Part shown: positions 10,593 through 20,013 of the stretch, piece after piece
Numbering within the stretch: position 1 is the first letter of the stretch
Layout: each line of letters opens with the position of its first letter
From: Candidatus Iainarchaeum sp.
GTDB taxonomy: Archaea > Iainarchaeota > Iainarchaeia > Iainarchaeales > VGJJ01
Assembly (NCBI GenBank): GCA_043803765.1
Contig: JAZDJQ010000012.1
Span: 96,001-160,000, forward strand
DNA length: 64,000 bases
Direction of reading: 5' to 3'
Program-made: the position numbers and the translations under genes
Notes under the pieces: generated by a model
Seen by the model: the letters and a program-made list of their open reading frames with translations, nothing else
Databases searched by the model: none
What the model was told of the DNA's origin: nothing

Positions 10593-10690
10593 AGACTTTG
10601 CCCATAAAGTGAATTTAAAAAAAATTAAACGTGATAGCGCCCCAACACCCTTTTTTTGGTTCTTTTTTCCAATGCGTTGCAGGCAAAACC
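10593..10690 (+). repeat. ~100 bp dispersed intergenic repeat, copy 1 (MITE-like)
   Basis: actttgcccataaagtgaatttaaaaaaaattaaacgtg...cacccttttttggttcttttttccaatgcgttgcaggcaaaacc; similar to 13693, 14988 and (inverted) 25022. Confidence 0.8.
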
Positions 10691-10803
10691 CATTATGCAG
10701 GTATCTTTAGTCTAAAAGTAATGGCTTGCGGATACGTGTAAGGGAGCAGGTTTGTCGTTGCCGAGGCCTTCTTTATAAAAACGACAAGTGTTCTTCACAA
10801 GGA

Positions 10804-13140
10804 ATGCCTCCTCAACGATTCGCTCAAAAGAAGGAAAGCGGGAACCGGCTCACTCCCCGTAATGAGAATGCATCTCCTTCTATTGGAAGCCTTTACAAGG
10901 ATATTCCGGTTTCGAGTGATGCTTTTTTTGCTAAAGAGGATTTGGCTATTCCTAAAGAGCATGGATTCATTCGTTTCTGTCGGGACATGTACAAGCGTTT
11001 TCCGGGGATGGGAAAAGGAGCAGTATTCACGGAAGAGTATCAGGAAGCGGTTACGTTTTTAGGTTGGAGTTTGCGTCCGGAAGAATTTTCATCCGCAGTA
11101 AAAGGAAGCATGGTGTCAATACTACTAATTGGTGGATTTCTTTCTGTTTTATTAGGAATTGTTTTTGGAGAAACCATTGGCGCCCTGTTGGGAGTAAGCG
11201 GACTTGTTTCCATTGTGTATCTTTTTTTTCCTGTTATTGTTATTGCCGTGGTGGTTTCCAATTACATTCAAAAATTTCCCATTGCCGAAGCGCGTAGAGA
11301 AAAAATTCGTGCGCTTACATACGTTCCGGACATGATTGGATACATGATTATGTCCATGAAGCTTGTTCCTAATTTGGAAAAAGCAGTGGAGTTTTCCGCA
11401 CAGCATGGAAAAGGAAGAATAGCGGAAGAATTTAGACGGATCATTTGGAATACGCAATTAGGAGTATATACTACGGTAGCAGAGGGTTTGGATGATTTAG
11501 CCTATAAGTGGGGAAAGTTTTCATCCGAGTTCAAGCAGGCATTGATGAATATTCGCGCGTCGGTGTTGGAAAACACGGAAGCAAAGCGTTACCAATTGCT
11601 TGACAAAACAATGGATGATGTGTTGGAAAGTGTGCAAAATAAAATGGAACAATACGCGAGGGATTTATCTCAACCTTCTACCACATTGTTTTATGTGGGG
11701 GTGTTGCTTCCGCTAATACTTATTATTATTCTCCCGGTTGGAAGCGCGTTCTCGGGTTCTCCTCTTGCCCAGACATGGGTGTTGTTCCTCGTATACGATA
11801 TTTTTCTTCCCATTTTAGTTATTTGGTTTGGGAATAACTTGTTGCAATCCCGTCCTCCCACGTATACTCCTCCTGAGATACCGGATGGTTTTCCCGGGCT
11901 TCTTCCAAAAGATACGGTGCGCGTGGGAAAAGGAACAATGAATGTATGGGTGGTAGTGGTAGGAATCATGATAGTAGGGGGTTTAACGTCCGGCTACCTG
12001 CACTTATTTGGTTTGGGGGTGGGAGAAGTGGATGCTCCCGGTTCATTGTATGTGCTTGCTCCTGACCATACTCTTCAACGGGTATTAGATGTGGATAGGA
12101 AACCGTTAGATTGGTTTGAGGAGAATGGAACACGGGAGTCTCAGCTCGTAGCACAAGGACTTTCGGTAGAGGAAGCGCGTGTTATTGTAGGAACGGAGAA
12201 AACGCGTTTTTTTGCTCAATCGGAAAATGATGTAACGCCCTATAATCTCATTTTTGGTATTCTGATAACGGTAAGCATGGCGATTGCCGCCTATGTTGGA
12301 TTAACTCTCGCTGAGAAAAGAAAGATACAGCAGAAATACATGCAGATGGAATCCGAATTCAAGGATAGTTTGTATGTGTTAGCGTCTCGTTTAGGAGAAA
12401 ACAAGCCGATTGAGGATGCATTGCGTCACGCGCAAACGTTTTTGCCTAACAACATTGTTTCGCAGGAAGTGTTTGGTAAGACAGTAGATAATATTCATGT
12501 ATTGGGAATGCCATTGGAGAGCGCGGTATTTGATCCGGCGTATGGTAGTTTGCGCAATAATCCTTCGCAAATGATTACGAGTTCAATGAAGATTGCCATT
12601 GACTCGGTTAGATTAGGGGTGGGAGTAGCCGCACGCACGCTTATTTCTCTTTCACGGCAAATTGGAAATGCGGAAAGAGTAAGTAAAATGCTTACGATTC
12701 TCATCAAGGATATTACGGGAACAATGAAGACGGTATCGGTGTATATCGCCCCAATCGTATTGGGGATAACGACTAGTTTGCAGCGTGTAGTAATTGTTAC
12801 ATTAGTGAGTGTGAGTGCATCCAGTGAAGGAAGCCAAACCATTGACCCTAATTTAGGGGCGAATATCCCTGGAGTCGAAAGCTTTGGAAGCACGGATATT
12901 GGTTCATTCATTAAAGCAGACGTGATTGCTACTCTTGCAACGCCGGGAGAATTCTTGTTGATTGTGGCGATTTATGTGATTGAGCTCGTGATTATTATGA
13001 ATTATTTTGTCACCCTCATTGAGGAAAACAATAAACTTACCGCGAAACAGAATGCGGCAACCCAGCTCCCCATTGCGATTATATTGTTTGTTATTACGGT
13101 GATTGTGTCCAATTCATTAGTAGCAGGAAACTTTGGGTGA
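10804..13140 (+). CDS. TadB/TadC (FlaJ/PilC-like) pilus membrane platform protein with two T2SSF domains
   Basis: PDMIGYMIMSMKLVPNLEKAVEFSA and EFKDSLYVLASRLGENKPIEDAL repeats, many TM helices; in pilus locus. Confidence 0.82.
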   Translation: MPPQRFAQKKESGNRLTPRNENASPSIGSLYKDIPVSSDAFFAKEDLAIPKEHGFIRFCRDMYKRFPGMGKGAVFTEEYQEAVTFLGWSLRPEEFSSAVKGSMVSILLIGGFLSVLLGIVFGETIGALLGVSGLVSIVYLFFPVIVIAVVVSNYIQKFPIAEARREKIRALTYVPDMIGYMIMSMKLVPNLEKAVEFSAQHGKGRIAEEFRRIIWNTQLGVYTTVAEGLDDLAYKWGKFSSEFKQALMNIRASVLENTEAKRYQLLDKTMDDVLESVQNKMEQYARDLSQPSTTLFYVGVLLPLILIIILPVGSAFSGSPLAQTWVLFLVYDIFLPILVIWFGNNLLQSRPPTYTPPEIPDGFPGLLPKDTVRVGKGTMNVWVVVVGIMIVGGLTSGYLHLFGLGVGEVDAPGSLYVLAPDHTLQRVLDVDRKPLDWFEENGTRESQLVAQGLSVEEARVIVGTEKTRFFAQSENDVTPYNLIFGILITVSMAIAAYVGLTLAEKRKIQQKYMQMESEFKDSLYVLASRLGENKPIEDALRHAQTFLPNNIVSQEVFGKTVDNIHVLGMPLESAVFDPAYGSLRNNPSQMITSSMKIAIDSVRLGVGVAARTLISLSRQIGNAERVSKMLTILIKDITGTMKTVSVYIAPIVLGITTSLQRVVIVTLVSVSASSEGSQTIDPNLGANIPGVESFGSTDIGSFIKADVIATLATPGEFLLIVAIYVIELVIIMNYFVTLIEENNKLTAKQNAATQLPIAIILFVITVIVSNSLVAGNFG

Positions 13141-13197
13141 ATGGAAAGAAAAAGAGGAGAATGCGCTGTGCGAAAATTTTATCCAATTAGAAAAAAA

Positions 13198-13671
13198 ATG
13201 AATAACAAAGGACAGGCGTTTGAGGCCTACCGTGTTCTCATTGCGATGGTTATTTCTCTTGCCATCCTTACCATTATTCTTTCCGCGGTAACGTATTTTG
13301 ACACGTTGCGTGAAAAAGTAAGCATTGATACATTGTATTCCTCGTGGAAGAGTGCGGTTGATTCTCCTAATGGAAAAGTCGTGTTGGCTAAGGACTTGTA
13401 TTTTACCTCTCAAACCACTTTTGGCAAACGCCAGTTTGCATTACAAGCGGGGTTGGATGAGGCCTGCATTGGTTTTGATGCGGAAAAGGCGGCCGGATTC
13501 ATTTTGAATGATGCTAATCCCGATAAGCCGGTTGTGACGTTAACGCGCGGAGTAGTAGGAAACGTGTACATGGAGTGCCAGACTGAAAACTTCCTCCTTG
13601 AGCCGGCTCCCCCTGATTGTTATGCGTACTGCCTGATTTCTTTTGGAAAGCTCATTGCCGGACCTATCTAA
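13198..13671 (+). CDS. Archaeal type IV pilin-like protein
   Basis: Class III signal peptide MNNKG|QAFEAYRVLIAMVISLAIL. Confidence 0.8.
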   Translation: MNNKGQAFEAYRVLIAMVISLAILTIILSAVTYFDTLREKVSIDTLYSSWKSAVDSPNGKVVLAKDLYFTSQTTFGKRQFALQAGLDEACIGFDAEKAAGFILNDANPDKPVVTLTRGVVGNVYMECQTENFLLEPAPPDCYAYCLISFGKLIAGPI

Positions 13672-13692
13672 TCAAGGGATGCTGGCATAAAC

Positions 13693-13788
13693 AGGCTTTG
13701 CCCATATGTGAATAAAAAAAATTAATGGGATATTTGGGCATCCCGCCATTGTTTTAGTTATTTTGTCCATACTTTACAGGCAAGCCGG
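13693..13788 (+). repeat. ~100 bp dispersed intergenic repeat, copy 2 (diverged)
   Basis: aggctttgcccatatgtgaataaaaaaaattaa...acaggcaagccgg. Confidence 0.7.
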
Positions 13789-13847
13789 GCAAACGTGAAC
13801 CTTTTTATAGACCCAGACTCTCGTTAAACGCTATAGGTGATGCATGC

Positions 13848-14369
13848 ATGAATACTCGAGGACAGGCCTTTTCCACATTCCAGTTGCTTATTGCCGCAGT
13901 AGTAGCGTTGGCAATACTAGTATTATTGTTGAATATTATTGGTAGTCTCCCTAATTTGGGTGGGCAGAAACCCAACAAGGTAGCATCGGATTTGGTTGCA
14001 AGTCAAGTGAATGCTCCTTCTGAATTGCGTACGAGCAACTCGGTTACGTTTACTCGGGAGGATTCCCTCAATGCTCAGGCGATTGCATCCGCTTCTCAAG
14101 TAGTAACACAGGGACAATTATGCTTGTCGTTGGGTGATTTTCCTGAAGATGGGGATTTTACTACGAATGATAGCGGGAATATTATCAAGTATGCCGGCTC
14201 GTCCAATTTGCGCGTGCGGTTATCCGTTATTTGCGACACGGGAACCGAATTAATAGATGATTTGACTGATAATGGAATTGTGGATGATTGGACATCCAGT
14301 AATTCGGCATGCGGTGATGTCACCAGTTTGAGTCAAACCGCGTGTATTGTTGCACTCCGCTTTGCGTAG
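13848..14369 (+). CDS. Archaeal type IV pilin-like protein
   Basis: MNTRG|QAFSTFQLLIAAVVALAILVLLL; RBS aggtga upstream. Confidence 0.82.
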   Translation: MNTRGQAFSTFQLLIAAVVALAILVLLLNIIGSLPNLGGQKPNKVASDLVASQVNAPSELRTSNSVTFTREDSLNAQAIASASQVVTQGQLCLSLGDFPEDGDFTTNDSGNIIKYAGSSNLRVRLSVICDTGTELIDDLTDNGIVDDWTSSNSACGDVTSLSQTACIVALRFA

Positions 14370-14383
14370 GATTGAGAGAGGGT

Positions 14384-14551
14384 ATGATTTCCATCTGGAA
14401 TGAAACAAGAGCGCAAGGGGAATTCAATTCCCTGTATATGATTCTAGTCCTAATTATTGCCGCATTGTTGCTCATTACGGTCGTGAAGCCCATGTTTCGC
14501 CAGTCACAGCAATTAGGAAGCAAGGTTCCTGTGGTAGGCGCAAGCAGTTAG
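14384..14551 (+). CDS. Very short pilin-like peptide (55 aa)
   Basis: ETRA|QGEFNSLYMILVLIIAALLL class III-like signal. Confidence 0.6.
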   Translation: MISIWNETRAQGEFNSLYMILVLIIAALLLITVVKPMFRQSQQLGSKVPVVGASS

Positions 14552-14585
14552 GAACAACAGACGAATTCATTATAAAAAAAATAAA

Positions 14586-14613
14586 AAGGCGGGACATTTT
14601 ATTCCTGTCCCTT
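14586..14613. terminator. Hairpin between convergent genes
   Basis: gggaca-ttttattcc-tgtccc flanked by A and T tracts. Confidence 0.4.
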
Positions 14614-14647
14614 TCCTTATACTATTATTCGATGTGTAACATCACAT

Positions 14648-14905
14648 TTAGTAGTACGTGTTGCAGCATGTCTTGTTTGACCACACCTTTCCATACCAGA
14701 TGAGGGCAATTCCCACAACATACCATAATGCGACCCACCAGTCGAATGTTCTACCAGTCACATTGAATTGGGTTACAAATCCTCCAATCAGGAACCAGAG
14801 ACCTAATGCTTTTAACACAACGGAAATAATAGCAGATGTCCAATCGATCCCCATTCCTCCCATCATGTCCATTTCCATTAATTTGCTTGTTTTTGCTCGC
14901 GCCAT
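14648..14905 (-). CDS. Small 2-TM membrane protein
   Basis: 85 aa ORF with RBS aggagga upstream. Confidence 0.65.
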   Translation of the reverse strand: MARAKTSKLMEMDMMGGMGIDWTSAIISVVLKALGLWFLIGGFVTQFNVTGRTFDWWVALWYVVGIALIWYGKVWSNKTCCNTYY

Positions 14906-14987
14906 ACTTGAGTATTCCTCCTTTTCACCAATTGGCGGTTTATGGAGTGAGGCAACCGTTTCGGGTTTATTAAGGAAACGGATTTTC

Positions 14988-15086
14988 CAGATTTTCCAAT
15001 AAAGTGAATTTAAAAAAAATAAACGTGGAATTGGGCTAACACCCTTTTTTTGGTTCTTTTTTCCAATGCATTGCAGGCAAAGCCGG
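14988..15086 (+). repeat. ~100 bp dispersed intergenic repeat, copy 3
   Basis: ataaagtgaatttaaaaaaaataaacgtg...aacacccttttttggttcttttttccaatgcattgcaggcaaagccgg, very close to copy 1. Confidence 0.8.
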
Positions 15087-15111
15087 TTTTTTCTCTGGAG
15101 AAAAAAAGTAT

Positions 15112-15567
15112 TTATTTTTCTTGGAATGCCCCAAGATAGTGCAATGTAAAAAATAATAGTAAAATGCTCCCCGCGTTCAACCAGATCGTATATTCATATA
15201 GAAAAGTGAGTGCGCTCACGGGGAGGAATAATGCTCCTAATGAAGCACAGGCAGGACACTGTGCTACAAGGAATATGCTTAATGCGCCAATACCTCCAAT
15301 ACTGCGACCCTTTGTTTTTTTAGCTGGAGTGCACACGGCAGGGGAACGCCATAAATAGGTTTGATAGGCAAAAGTAATCCCGAATAGTGCGAGAAAAATA
15401 ACCAGTAGGATTGCATTAATGAGTGGAGTGTTCGCCACCCACACGTGAATATTGTTTAGGTTTCCCAATACTTGCGTGTACAAATATAGTAAAAAAAAGA
15501 ATATTGCGGAGAAAAATGCAATAATAGGATAGGAACGATTTTCTTTGAAAACGAGAAGGAGGCGCAT
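15112..15567 (-). CDS. Membrane protein with CPAC motif (possible metal/thiol handling)
   Basis: 4 TM segments, AQCPACASLG. Confidence 0.65.
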   Translation of the reverse strand: MRLLLVFKENRSYPIIAFFSAIFFFLLYLYTQVLGNLNNIHVWVANTPLINAILLVIFLALFGITFAYQTYLWRSPAVCTPAKKTKGRSIGGIGALSIFLVAQCPACASLGALFLPVSALTFLYEYTIWLNAGSILLLFFTLHYLGAFQEK

Positions 15568-15806
15568 CCAATGAAGCGAAACACGAACATTGTTTTAAGG
15601 ATTGTCCTCATGGGACGGTAAACGCCCACATTACCCCTTCAATCTAAACTAAGTTGAGCGGGTTGATAATGGTATTATTGGGTGAGTGTTTCAACCAGTG
15701 CAATTTGATGGTATTTTTCTAGCTTCTTGGCCAAGGATGAAAAATCATTTTTAATGCGTAAGACAAATTGGCTCATTCCTGTGTTTCGTAATGTAGAGAA
15801 GGAGGG

Positions 15807-16271
15807 TCATTCTAATTTTATTTCAAATACTTTTTCCCACTCTTCGTATTCTTTCTTGTTCATCTCCCTATATGCAAGTTTGTCGATTGCCTTTCCAATG
15901 AGTTCCATTCTTTCCCGTATGACGCTTCGTTCTTCATTCACTTTTCTACATGTGATAAAATTTTTCATCAATCGTTCATATTCCTTGGAAAGGGCTTTGT
16001 AAACAGGATCGTTTAACGTGGCTTTATCTCGCATTAATTGTCCTAGACCGGAGGGACGATAATCAGTATGCGGGGGGCGTTTTTCTGGGCGCATTTCTTT
16101 CATTTTACGTTGACTTACAAACAACTCAATCTTTCGTAACATGTCTCTTGTTTCCCATAATTTGAAACGTTCTTCTTCTCTAATTACTTCAATGGTTCGT
16201 CTTCGATTCTTTGCAGAAAGAACTTTTTTAGCTAATCGCTTAAAGGGAGAGGCCTGCGGTTTTCCAACCAT
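15807..16271 (-). CDS. Basic helical hypothetical protein
   Basis: 154 aa ATG ORF, Arg/Lys-rich N-terminus. Confidence 0.6.
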   Translation of the reverse strand: MVGKPQASPFKRLAKKVLSAKNRRRTIEVIREEERFKLWETRDMLRKIELFVSQRKMKEMRPEKRPPHTDYRPSGLGQLMRDKATLNDPVYKALSKEYERLMKNFITCRKVNEERSVIRERMELIGKAIDKLAYREMNKKEYEEWEKVFEIKLE

Positions 16272-16448
16272 AAGTCTCTAAACGTTCTTGTATTTTTTAA
16301 TGTTCCGTCTTGCCGATGTAACACTCGCTGGTATTGGTGTGAAAAGTTGTATAGGGTATCTTCATCTTTTTAGTGTTGGTGCATTTCATAATTCATACGT
16401 GTTTACCTATCCTAAAAAGAAATAGGGGGCGTTGAACCCAGCACCTTA

Positions 16449-16520
16449 CGCCCACTGCGGGAATCGAACCCGCGCCTCCACCGTGACAGGGTGGAATCCT
16501 AACCGCTAGACGAAGTGGGC
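16449..16520 (-). tRNA. tRNA-Asp(GTC)
   Basis: GCCCACT..CCACCCT-GTC-ACGGTGG..GGTTCGATTCCCGCAGTGGGCG cloverleaf. Confidence 0.95.
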
Positions 16521-16573
16521 ATCCGCAAACGTATTTCGCGTGAAAAAGCATTAAAAACACGCCGTCCAGCCCG

Positions 16574-17038
16574 CTAGTTTCCAAGTGCCTGAATCACTTC
16601 TTCCGCGTGCCCTTCCGGTGAGACGCGGGGAAAGACTTTCATTATTTTTCCATCTTCATCGATGATAAATGTTGAACGGATGATTCCCATGAATTTTTTA
16701 CCATAGAGTGATTTTTCACCCCATGCCCCGTACTTTTCTAACACGATACATTGGGGGTCGGAAAGGATGGGGAAATTTAATTGGTATTTTTCAGTAAACC
16801 GTTGATGACTTTTTTCATCGTCTTTTGAAATCCCGAAAACCAATGCTCCTTTTCGTTTTACTCGTTCTAAGTTATCCCGAAACTCACATGCTTCTTTAGT
16901 ACAGCCGGGCGTGTCATCCTTGGGATAGAAATACAACACTATTTTTTTCCCCTTGAAATGGGAAAGAGTAACATTATTTCCATTCGTATCCTTCAATGTA
17001 AAATCGGGTGCTTTTGTTCCTTCTTTTGGCATCGGCAT
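16574..17038 (-). CDS. bcp: Peroxiredoxin BCP/PrxQ
   Basis: [20 protein letters not shown] motif. Confidence 0.93.
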   Translation of the reverse strand: MPMPKEGTKAPDFTLKDTNGNNVTLSHFKGKKIVLYFYPKDDTPGCTKEACEFRDNLERVKRKGALVFGISKDDEKSHQRFTEKYQLNFPILSDPQCIVLEKYGAWGEKSLYGKKFMGIIRSTFIIDEDGKIMKVFPRVSPEGHAEEVIQALGN

Positions 17039-17107
17039 TTTAGTCCACTATCCCATCGTTTTCTTTTTTGACTGCGAACTACTTTTTTCTTTTGCAAAAA
17101 AAAAAGC

Positions 17108-17515
17108 TCAGCTCCAGCTCTTCCCGCACCCGCAAACCGAATGCGTATTGGGGTTCCGCAGTTTGAATCCGGTTCCCTGTGGTGATTCCATAAAATCAAT
17201 CACGCTTCCCCGTAATAACGATTCGGATTCCTTATCAATATACAATGTAATTCCATTGGATTCTATTTTCATGTCATCTTCCTCTTTCCGATTGTTCAAC
17301 GTGATGGAGTACGTGTACCCGCAACACCCACCGGATACTACCCGCACGCGCAGTCCAATGTTTTCTTCCCCTTTCTTCAGAATGAATTCCTTTATTTTAA
17401 CAGCAGCCTTCATGGTGAGGGAAATCGTTTTCTCATTAATTTCTTTCTTCTCCATCTTTTCAGCCCAAACGGTTCCGCTCGCGTTGCATGTATCCTCCAT
17501 ATCCTTTTCCTCCAA
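17108..17515 (-). CDS. iscA: IscA/HesB A-type Fe-S carrier
   Basis: GGCCGYTY and CGCGKSW motifs; start uncertain. Confidence 0.88.
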   Translation of the reverse strand: MEEKDMEDTCNASGTVWAEKMEKKEINEKTISLTMKAAVKIKEFILKKGEENIGLRVRVVSGGCCGYTYSITLNNRKEEDDMKIESNGITLYIDKESESLLRGSVIDFMESPQGTGFKLRNPNTHSVCGCGKSWS

Positions 17516-17627
17516 TCATAATCAACAATTACTATTCCGTTCCACGTAATCCAAAAAAAAATTATGGAATTCTAAAAAAAAAAAGAAAAATGGGATTGTT
17601 GATTAAACGCCCCCATTTCATTCATTG

Positions 17628-17786
17628 TTATTTGCTTGACAAGTTGTTTTTCTTGACGTATTCCCAAATCTTTTTGGTCATCATGGAAGGTGCGATGGGC
17701 TTGCTTCCCATAATACTTTCAATCGTATCCTTTTTACCGGAAAAACTGATGCTGTAGCCACCGAAGGCGGGTTTCTTTCCTAGCAT
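17628..17786 (-). CDS. Small SWIB/MDM2-like domain protein
   Basis: IMGSKPIAPSMMTKKIWEYVKKNNL resembles the SWIB helix KLWEYIKKNNL; RBS gaggag. Confidence 0.6.
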   Translation of the reverse strand: MLGKKPAFGGYSISFSGKKDTIESIMGSKPIAPSMMTKKIWEYVKKNNLSSK

Positions 17787-17952
17787 AATCTCCTCATTAC
17801 TCCCTTGCGCGGTTCGCGCAAACTCGTTAATGCCAACCAAACCCAGAAGCCTTTTTAATGCTCGCGCCTCAAAAACGGGATTTTCCCTTAGGAAAAAATC
17901 ATTTCTCCTTTCCCGCACTCATTTTTAAGGGTGTTTTGACTTGGGAGTAGGT

Positions 17953-19275
17953 ATGGAAAAATTCCATGATGTTGGTTCTTTTCTCTCGCAGTATGGCTTA
18001 TCGAATGGTTCTCGTGTTCGTGTGAATTGGAAAGACCAAACGTTAAATGGATTAATTATTCCCCAATCTAAAGTAGGAGATGTGCTCACGTTGAAATTAG
18101 ATAGCGGGTATAATGTTGGATTGCGTCTGGTGCACATTCGTGATGTAGAGAAGATAGGAGAAGCCATTCCGTGTGAGTCGGTTCCCAATCCTCGTATTGA
18201 GGAAAAGCATCATTCTTCTACTAGGCCCGGATTTGTATTGATTGGAGTGGGCGGAACGATTGCAAGTAAAGTGAATTATGAAACGGGCGGGGTTATTGCT
18301 AGAATGACTCCTGATGAATTATCTGGAATGGTTCCGGAGATTAATGATTTTTCTCATATTGTGAGGATTCGTTCTCCTTTTACTAAGATGAGTGAGGACT
18401 TGCTTCCTGAGGATTGGATTAGTATTGCTAAGATTTGTCATGAGGAATTAAACAAGAGTGATGTGGAAGGAATTATTCTTACGCATGGGACGGACACGTT
18501 GCATTATACGGCGGCTGCTCTTTCATTCATGTTGCAGGATGTTTCGAAACCGATTGTATTGGTTGGGTCGCAGCGTTCGAGTGACCGTGGAAGCAGTGAT
18601 GCGGTAATGAATCTTGTGTGTGCGGCACGAGTTGCTATTAGTGATATCGCCGAAGTTGGGATTTGCATGCATGGAACAACGTCGGATGATTATTGTTTGT
18701 TTAACAAAGGAACCCATGTGAGAAAAATGCATACAACCCGTCGAGATGCTTTCCGTCCGATTAACCGGGTGCCTATTGCTCGTGTTTGGAGTGATGGAAA
18801 AATAGAGAAACTGAGCCCTCATGTCCACCGCACGAGTAAGCCGGTGGTGTTGGATGCCGTTTTTGAGGAAAAAGTTGCCCTTGTTAAAATGCATCCCGGA
18901 TTAACACCGGATGTTTTTCACTTTTATGCGGATAAAGGATACAAGGGAGTAGTGATTGAGGCAACAGGATTAGGGCATGTTCATACAACACGTATTATTC
19001 CTGTGGTTAAGGCATTGACCGAGAAGGGAATATTTGTTTTTATCACATCTCAAACGATTTATGGGAGGGTTGATTTGAACGTATATACTAATCTTCGTCT
19101 CCTTCAGAATGCGGGAGCAATAGGATTAGGGGACATGACGACGGAAACTGCTTTTGTTAAACTGGGTTGGGTTCTTGCGCATACGCAGGATAGGAAAAAA
19201 GTCATTGAGCGGATGACCCAGTCGATAGTGGGAGAGATAACCGAGTACAGTGACCCTTCTACTTTCCTGTATTGA
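17953..19275 (+). CDS. gatD: Glu-tRNA(Gln) amidotransferase subunit D
   Basis: KLDSGYNVG N-domain, GGTIAS, HGTDTL, GSQRSSDRGSSD, RKMHTTRRDAF. Confidence 0.95.
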   Translation: MEKFHDVGSFLSQYGLSNGSRVRVNWKDQTLNGLIIPQSKVGDVLTLKLDSGYNVGLRLVHIRDVEKIGEAIPCESVPNPRIEEKHHSSTRPGFVLIGVGGTIASKVNYETGGVIARMTPDELSGMVPEINDFSHIVRIRSPFTKMSEDLLPEDWISIAKICHEELNKSDVEGIILTHGTDTLHYTAAALSFMLQDVSKPIVLVGSQRSSDRGSSDAVMNLVCAARVAISDIAEVGICMHGTTSDDYCLFNKGTHVRKMHTTRRDAFRPINRVPIARVWSDGKIEKLSPHVHRTSKPVVLDAVFEEKVALVKMHPGLTPDVFHFYADKGYKGVVIEATGLGHVHTTRIIPVVKALTEKGIFVFITSQTIYGRVDLNVYTNLRLLQNAGAIGLGDMTTETAFVKLGWVLAHTQDRKKVIERMTQSIVGEITEYSDPSTFLY

Positions 19276-19305
19276 TTTTTATAGGGATAATACATCCCTT
19301 TGAGA

Positions 19306-19947
19306 ATGGAACCATTACTCTCGATTGACCGGATGGTTATCAATTCGCTGCATTCTTTTTCATGGCAGGATGTAGGAGTGTGGTTTTCGTATGCGATTAT
19401 TCTTGCTGTTTATGTTATTCTTATTTGGAATTTTTATCGTTCGGTTGCGCGCCGGGATATTTTTGCTCGAACGTTTACCTTTCATCATCCGGGAATCGTT
19501 GGTTTTCTTGAGGATTTCATCTTGGCGGTTCTGCGTTTGGTAAAATACGGGGTGTTCTTTCCCGTGTTTTCCTTTCTTTGGTTTGGAGGATTTGTAGTAT
19601 TATTATTGGTCGTCGCGCAAAATCAAACGGTTTCCCAAGTTGTTTTGCTTTCCATCGCCATTGTTTCAGGGGCGCGCATTCTTTCTTACTACAATCAGGA
19701 TACTGCTCAAGAGTTGGCTAAGATTATTCCAATGGTTGTTTTGGGTATCGCACTGGTTGAACCGGACTTTTTTGAATTAAATAAAGTCGTTTCCCGTTTG
19801 GAAACCATCCCAACATTGTGGAATAGTCTTCTTCCGTTCATTCTGTATCTTTCATTGCTTGAGCTCACATTGCGTATTTTGCTTTACACGAAGTGGATGA
19901 TACTGGGAAAGAGTGTGAATGAAGATAGGATTGTTAAACAAAAATAA
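19306..19947 (+). CDS. Conserved-looking membrane protein of unknown function
   Basis: About 5 TM helices; follows gatD. Confidence 0.7.
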   Translation: MEPLLSIDRMVINSLHSFSWQDVGVWFSYAIILAVYVILIWNFYRSVARRDIFARTFTFHHPGIVGFLEDFILAVLRLVKYGVFFPVFSFLWFGGFVVLLLVVAQNQTVSQVVLLSIAIVSGARILSYYNQDTAQELAKIIPMVVLGIALVEPDFFELNKVVSRLETIPTLWNSLLPFILYLSLLELTLRILLYTKWMILGKSVNEDRIVKQK

Positions 19948-20013
19948 AGGTATCATGACAGCATTCTTTCTTTTCATATGGAAATGACAGGGTAGTAGAA
20001 TAACGTGATTGAT

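Noticed and set aside
14588-14611. ggcgggac..gtccc as another att fragment
   Set aside because: Only 8 nt match, opposite orientation and short loop; fits a terminator between convergent genes.
15640-15652. caatctaaacta shared with 40820
   Set aside because: A 12 nt AT-rich match with no flanking similarity; may be chance.
16393-16584. ORFs overlapping tRNAs (also 39647..39853, 50621..50896, N-extension of 44411..44977)
   Set aside because: Shadow ORFs over clear tRNA cloverleafs.
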